A DNA stretch of 64,000 nt from Octopus sinensis (Eukaryota): contig NC_043008.1 in assembly GCF_006345805.1 (NCBI RefSeq), positions 71,238,001-71,302,000 on the forward strand, given 5' to 3'. How positions within the stretch are numbered: position 1 is the stretch's first letter; every line of letters begins with the position of its first letter. Both the position numbers and the translations under genes were made by a program. This document shows, piece after piece, positions 56,956 through 64,000 of the stretch. The notes beneath the pieces are model-generated. The model was not told the DNA's origin. It did not search any database and worked only from the letters and a program-made list of their open reading frames with translations.

Positions 56956-57916
56956 CTACCTACCAATCTATCTATCTACATATCTATCTATCTATCTACA
57001 TATCTATCTATCTATCTATCTATCTGTCTATCTATGTATATATGTATCTTATCAACACAAATATATATGCGCATGTGAGCATGTATGTGGGTATGAAGTA
57101 TACATAAATACACGAAAGAAGTTCAAACAGTCCTCAGTGCTACGGGGCAAGAGTTATTTATGATTATGACAAAGGACCCTCTCATCTAGTTATTTGAATT
57201 TTACGTTCCCGCTCATCAGACTACATACGAAAGCATTGCATATTCATATATATGTGCATGTGTATGTGCGTGTGTCTGCGTATTATGATATAATGTCTAA
57301 GTCAACATGTTATGCGGTTGTTTTCTCTGTCTAAAATGTCTATATCGACGCAGCTGTCCATAAATACGATATATAACAGGTTTTAGCATAATCGTCCGTC
57401 TTATGTTTTTTCTTCCATAAGCATCGTTGCACTGGTGTGTTGTATCACATTTGTGTACGCTGAGGCGGAACAAGCTCCCATATGTTACGCAGTCATTAAT
57501 GTGAGGCTATTGAAATTAGACACATGTCTTCATAAATCCAATGTTTTATCGGTTTGCTTCCTTTAGTTACCGTCACAACTGGGACGTGCGTGTGCTGTGC
57601 TTTCACTGCTGACATTGTTTCAGCAATGCGACGTGACCAGGTCTAAAATAAAATGGATAAAGAAAACTGAGCAATATGTATCTGTAAATATTGAGAAGAG
57701 ACGAATGTGGATTGTAGCTGGTCGTTGAAATAATTTAATTGCACATGGTCGTTGAAATAACAAGTACCACCAAGGTACAAAAATCAATGATATCAGTATA
57801 CTCCTTTCTTATAAAATGCTAACCTTGTATATAAATAAAAAATTATTGTTGTTGTTAATGCAATTATTATTATTATTATTGTTGTTGTTGTTGTTGTTGT
57901 TCTTCTTCTTCTTCTT

Positions 57917-58470
57917 ATTGAGTGAGAGAGCAGTGCATGCCATCAAAGTGACACTGGGATAAAATATACGAAGCCCAGTATACCCATCATGACTACCCGT
58001 CTGATAAGGGTACACTAGGCACATGCATCACAACACTATGTGCACAACATGGTGATCTCATATCAAGATAAACAGCACATGACCTTGCAGGTGGGGCCCA
58101 GTTAGAAGTTTCTTCAAGTCGAGTAACCCATCCCGCTCAAAAGGTCCCTGAATAAAGGTTGTTTAAGGGTTGAACGAAACACCCATGTTTCCAGAGGTGA
58201 ATGATTCAACCCCAAAGAATCCCTCTCAACACATGGCTATGATGCTCCCCACTACTTTTACTCGTGATCAGAGATGCACATATCGTCAGCCACTTAGGGA
58301 CATGCTCAAGTGGTGAAGGTCAAACAACTGACAAACAAATCTGTATACTGAGCAGAATGTTTGCTGTAACCCATCTTTTATACCAAGACAAAACAAAGTA
58401 CATGATAAAACTTCCAATCAGTTAAGATCAGAAGCCACGAGAGCTACTGCCTGGTACTGCATCAGTTTTA
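57917..58470 (-). mobile_element. ~550-bp non-coding interspersed element embedded in trinucleotide microsatellites
   Basis: GC-richer unique block. The minus strand ends CTCTCTCACTCAATAAGAAGAAG. Recalled as a common octopus repeat, class uncertain. Confidence 0.55.
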
Positions 58471-58479
58471 TTACTGTTC

Positions 58480-58575
58480 TTCTTCTTCTTCTTCTTCTTC
58501 TTCTTCTTCTTCTTCTTCTTCTTCTTCTTCTTCTTCTTCTTCTTCTTCTTCTTCTTCTTCTTTTCTTCTCTTCTT

Positions 58576-58606
<31 letters not shown>

Positions 58607-58708
58607 TTTTCTTCTTCTTCTTCTTCTTCTTCTTCTTCTTCTTCTTCTAATTATTATTATTATTATTATTATTATTGTTATATTATTATTATATTATTAT
58701 TATTATTA

Positions 58709-58770
<62 letters not shown>
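58480..58770 (+). repeat. (TTC)n then (TTA)n microsatellite
   Basis: Direct reading. Confidence 0.95.
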
Positions 58771-58771
<1 letters not shown>

Positions 58772-58986
58772 TGGCGGTTAGCTGGCAAAATCGTTGGCAC
58801 ACTCCGGTAACATTCTTCGCGGAATTTCGTCCGTCTCTATGTTCTGAGTTCAAATTCCGCCGAAGTCGACTTTTCATCTCATCCTTTCGGGGTTGATAAA
58901 TTAAGTAGCTGTCAAGTATTGGTGTCGATGTGATCGACCATTCCTCTCCTCAATATTTCATGCCTTGTGCGTATATTTGAAAGGAT
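58771..58986 (+). mobile_element. tRNA-derived SINE
   Basis: GGCGGTTAGCTGGCAAAATCGTT...GAGTTCAAATTCCGCCGAAGTCGAC...GCCTTGTGC. Confidence 0.85.
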
Positions 58987-58988
58987 TA

Positions 58989-59838
58989 CCGCAATCACTC
59001 CCCATATCACGGTTCACTTATCACGTCCTCAATACATCCCAGATTTCTGATATGTAAATCTATATCGCGGAATCCCCAGTATATCATGGGTTTCTGCAGC
59101 CGATAGGTATTACACTTTTTTTAGATTTTAATTATTTTTATTGGAAAATAGGCATTTTAACACCTAAAAATTAATAACTCAATAAATAAAAAATAGAGTA
59201 CAGTACTGCATTCTATAACACATTAATTAAAATATATTAAAAGAAAATACGTTGTGTACCGTAGATAAGTAAACAAAGAATTGCACATACTGTATGGAAA
59301 ACGAAACTTGGGAGGTGAGTGTGTGGCAGTTTGCATTTATGCATAAAATTGTGAATTTATTTCAAGCCCTACGATGTCGCCCAAACATTCTACACTTTCT
59401 AAGGTTTCTGGCAGTCAAGCCAAGCGCCCGAAGAAGATGCTCACAATAGCAGAGGTGAGACTCCTTGACTTGTTTAAGGAAGGGAGAAGGTATGAAGATG
59501 TAAGCTTCTAACAGAACTTCAAAGAATGGCGGAAGAGTGGGACCCCCAGATATTTCGTGCGTTACAGTTTGGAAATGCAATCTACGGAGCCATGGAAGTT
59601 TATCAAAACCTCCTTATACAGAAGAAAAAGTAGCGCAAGCAACTACTCACCCCTTTTCCTCACTCGCAAAAACATAGAAGACACGGGTACTCCTAAGAGT
59701 CCTAGTAGAGTTTATTAAAGCTTAAATATATAAAAATAATTTACAAAATATACAGTACAGTACTGTTTCTACTTCGCGAATTTTCACCTATCGCGGAGTT
59801 TGGGGAAGGCAGCACCTGCGCTAGTGGAGGGATTTCTG
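58989..59838 (+). mobile_element. Internally deleted Tigger/pogo transposon
   Basis: TA-flanked. 59374 MSPKHSTLSKVSGSQAKRPKKMLTIAEVRLLDLFKEGR resembles a CENP-B-type N-terminus and is fused to the C-terminal ELQRMAEEWDPQIFRALQFGNAI. Confidence 0.75.
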
Positions 59839-59851
59839 TATTAGTTTTATA

Positions 59852-60045
59852 ATGGCGATGAGATGGCACAATCATTAGCACGCTGGAAAGCTGTATAGCG
59901 GTATTTCGGCCGCCTTCACGTTCAGAGTTCAAATTCCGGCGAGGTCTGCTTTGCCTTTTATCCTTTCGAGGTCGATAAAATAAGTACCAGTGGAGTACTG
60001 GGGCCGACGTATTCGATTTGTCTCCTTCGTAGAACTTGATGGCCT
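59852..60045 (+). mobile_element. tRNA-derived SINE
   Basis: GAGTTCAAATTCCGGCGAGGTC...GGTCGATAAAATAAGTACCAGT. Confidence 0.85.
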
Positions 60046-61428
60046 GATGAGACCCAGCCGACACATGACCAACCGACAGACCAACCAACCAGCCAACCAA
60101 CCGACAAACCAACCAACCAGCCGACCCACGACCAACCAACAAACCAACCAACCAGCCGACCGACGGCCAACCGACAAACCAACCAACCAGCCCACCCACC
60201 GACCAACCAACCAACCGTCCGGCCGTCATTCGATAATTTTTAAGCGATTTAGCTGTAACACTCAACAATACAATTTAGTGTCGTAAGTTCGTATCTCGCC
60301 TACACCATTGTTCTCTTCCTTGACTACATGATAATGAACATTTTTTAACATTAAATGGGATACACGGTCGAAGATGGAAAATAAAAATATGAGCGAAAGT
60401 GAACGATTAACGTGGAAAATGGGCTGATGACAGTTGAAATACCGTATTGATTAAGAAATTGATAAGTAGTATGATGGCATTTGGTTGCTGGATCGAAATC
60501 TATTAGACGAGAATAGAATATAGATAGTGTCAAATGATAAATGCGATTTGAGAGGTTTCAAAATACAACCCCGCCTCACAAAAAACAAAACAAAAACAAA
60601 AACCAAAAGAAAAAAATCCAGCAAACAGTTTCTTCACAAGAGAATGTTGTAAGGGGCAATCACGATCTTTAAATCAATTTTAAATTAATTAAACTCGTAT
60701 TAGTTTTAAGGATTTTCAACGCATTATTTTTTATTTGTATTTTATATTATAATTTCAATAGCGTTTTACTCTTCATTTTCGCATTTTTCTGCATGTTTTT
60801 ATAAAGAAATCTCGTAATGTTGCTCCCAAAATGTTGATATAAAAAAGTAAATTTTGTCGAAACAAACAAAAAGCTGTAACGATATTTATGAAGAGAGAAA
60901 AAATATCCTACAGAGGTGTTTTGCTGTGCTATTTTCTGATTTTTTTTAAAGATTTAATTTGTATGTTTTAATATATAGAATTAATCAATAACGTTCTAGC
61001 TTTCTGTTAATAGTAAAGATTGAAATCTTTGCCCATGCTTTGGTCGATGGCCTAAACATCTTGGACGGAAATTAAATCAATCAAGAGAAAATGATACAAA
61101 AATTTGGAAGCAACGAAATCAAGCGATCGTTGTTTTCATGCTAATCAAGAGAAATCAAATTAATATATTAAGTAAAGGGTGAAAAACATTATAGAGAAAG
61201 AGCGAGGAGATAAAGAAAGAAAGAAGTAGAAAGATGACAAAGAGAGAAGGATTGAGAGAGAGAGAAAGAAGAATAAGAAGGGGGAAGTGAGAGTTAAAGC
61301 ACAGTAGTGGAAATGTTTAATCAATGCCAATGTATTTAATTAGGAAAGAATCAGAAGTTGAGTAGCATCTAACTTGATAATCAGTACTGAATTTATTTCA
61401 AGTTGCCGAAAGTAACTTTTGGCAGTTG

Positions 61429-61508
<80 letters not shown>

Positions 61509-61817
61509 CACACACAAACGCACACCACAGACAAACATGCATACACATATATGTACATACATATGCATATCTGCAACATTATATACATACTTGACAAACA
61601 TTTATCTATGAATACATATATATGCATGAATATATAGATATATATACATGCATGCATATATATATGTAGGTATATATATATATTTATATATATACATACA
61701 TATATACACACACATGTATATATATATATACATACATATACACAGACACACATACATATATATACATATATACATATATATACATACATACATACATACA
61801 TACATACATACATACAT

Positions 61818-61908
<91 letters not shown>

Positions 61909-62273
61909 TACGGCTATAAGCGGGAATATATTTTCTTCTGATTGCCCAAATGAACATTAAATTTAGAGAGAAATAAATTCGTCAGCGAACTTTAACACAC
62001 TCACACACAATAATACATACATTTATACAAACATACATACCTACATATATAGATACATGCATACATGCATACACATACATATGTTCGTATATACGTATAA
62101 GTATATATATAAATATATACATGTATCGATGTGTGTGTGCATCTGTGTATGTGTGAGGGCTTGTCTGTAAATATGTGTATATGTGCATATACATGCGAAT
62201 GTATATTTATATATATATGTAACCACACACACATACATACATATATATATATATATGTATATACATATATATA

Positions 62274-62308
<35 letters not shown>

Positions 62309-62991
62309 CATGCTTGCATGAATGGATGTATGCATGTATGTACATTGCAATGACTATATATTTTATATTCATTTGTTTTTAAATGTGATATTTTCTTTTT
62401 ACTTCCTATCACTTTTTCTTCTACCTCAGGTAAAATGTAGTTTTGTTTTCTCTTTGATATTTCAAGTTGTTGTTTCAATATTGATTTTGTACTAGTTTAC
62501 AAATTCTTTATTACTTCAAGCAAAGGGTTTCACACATTTTCAACTAAAACTGAAATCTTCGCACTTTGTCACGACGGCACGGTGATAGATTGAAGAAATA
62601 AGTAAATTAATGGTAAAAGAATTATACACAGAACCGATTCATGTTTAGAGGAAAATCTGTGTTTATTAAATCAGTTCTAAATTCTATCAAAAAGAATTCT
62701 TTGAATGAAGTTAGAAAAGTAAAACAAATGTTTAAAAATAATATTTGCAGTAGCAGAAAACAAAAATTCCGACATATATGATGTTTTTTATTCGCTTCTC
62801 ACACGAGTGTATTTTTGTGTGTGTGGCTGTGTTTGTTCGTGTATCTGTCTGTCTGTCTGTGTGTCTTTCCGCACGCGTGTTTTTATATTTCTCTATACGT
62901 AGATATGTATGTATGCACGCACGTTTATTCATATATACAGACATACATAGATACATACATAGATACATACGTACATACATACATACATACA

Positions 62992-63136
<145 letters not shown>

Positions 63137-63963
63137 TCATATTGTCACAATGAAGAATAAGAGTCGAAATTTTATTCTCCGTATTCTCCATGGAAAGAGC
63201 AGCAGGATGACTTGGAACTGTCAATCACCATTTTGCAATTATAAAGTATAACAATGTTGCAAAGGAAATATATATTTATATTTAAGGGAAACCTATAACG
63301 AAACAATTTTATAGAAAGCTTTTCTAACAGATGTGAAGTATGCTAAGAAAGTACACTTAGTAATGAACATGAATTTTCGCTTACTACCTTCAAAATAATA
63401 CATACTTAATTTAAATGTTTATTCAACTGCAGACCGAAATTTTATAAAAAAAAAAAGCATTTGTTAAATGCTATTTTCTATTTAAGAATAATCATTATGT
63501 TCATAAGCACCCAGAGGAGTCTTTGAGTAAATTGAAGGTTAGACGTCCACTTAAATGCCACATGATTCACATAGCATAATAACGTAGAAATAAAAGTAAG
63601 AACAACAAGTTCTTGGGGAAATATAAATAAAGCAATCAAAGAAAATGGTGTCTCTTTATATAAAATGAAACCGAATTCTGTTTTCAAATTATTGAATATT
63701 TTCGTTACAAATGAAAGTTTCGAAGCGCGAGTCTTTATTTTTTCTAATATATAGTTCAGTGTTTCTTCAGTTAGTTCGACATTTTCAAATCCATTTGTAT
63801 GTATGTATGTATGTATGTATGTATGTATGTATGTATGTATGTATGTATGTATGTATGCATGTATGCATGTATGCATGTATGCATGTATGTATGTATGTAC
63901 GTATGTATGTACGCATGTATGCATGCATGTACGTATGTATGTATCTATCTGAATATATATATT

Positions 63964-63994
<31 letters not shown>

Positions 63995-64000
63995 TTATAT

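Noticed and set aside
57195-57225. Minus-strand CUGAUGA-GCGGGAAC as a hammerhead
   Set aside because: No GAAA or stem III follows. At most a truncated remnant.
60423-60445. CTGATGACAGTTGAAA, and similar CTGATGA hits at 8455, 28338 and 32850
   Set aside because: No closing stems I or II.

Overview
AT-rich, microsatellite-dense eukaryotic genomic DNA. The SINE families and repeat landscape suggest an octopus or other cephalopod (inference). There is no intact, recognisable host gene, only weak candidate exons. The window is dominated by transposon relics: tRNA-derived SINEs, a 5'-truncated R4/Dong-type RLE LINE in a (TAA)n tract, RTE LINE fragments, mariner and Tigger/pogo elements with MITEs, and several Penelope-like element (PLE) relics. 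The main result is a set of type I hammerhead-ribozyme (HHR) motifs. A canonical one lies at 4485-4565 (-). A ~452-bp x 6.8 tandem array at 51052-54118 carries an HHR-like motif in every unit and is flanked by a 20-bp direct repeat, resembling a retrozyme or PLE pseudo-LTR multimer. All folds and translations were read by eye; no searches or folding programs were run.
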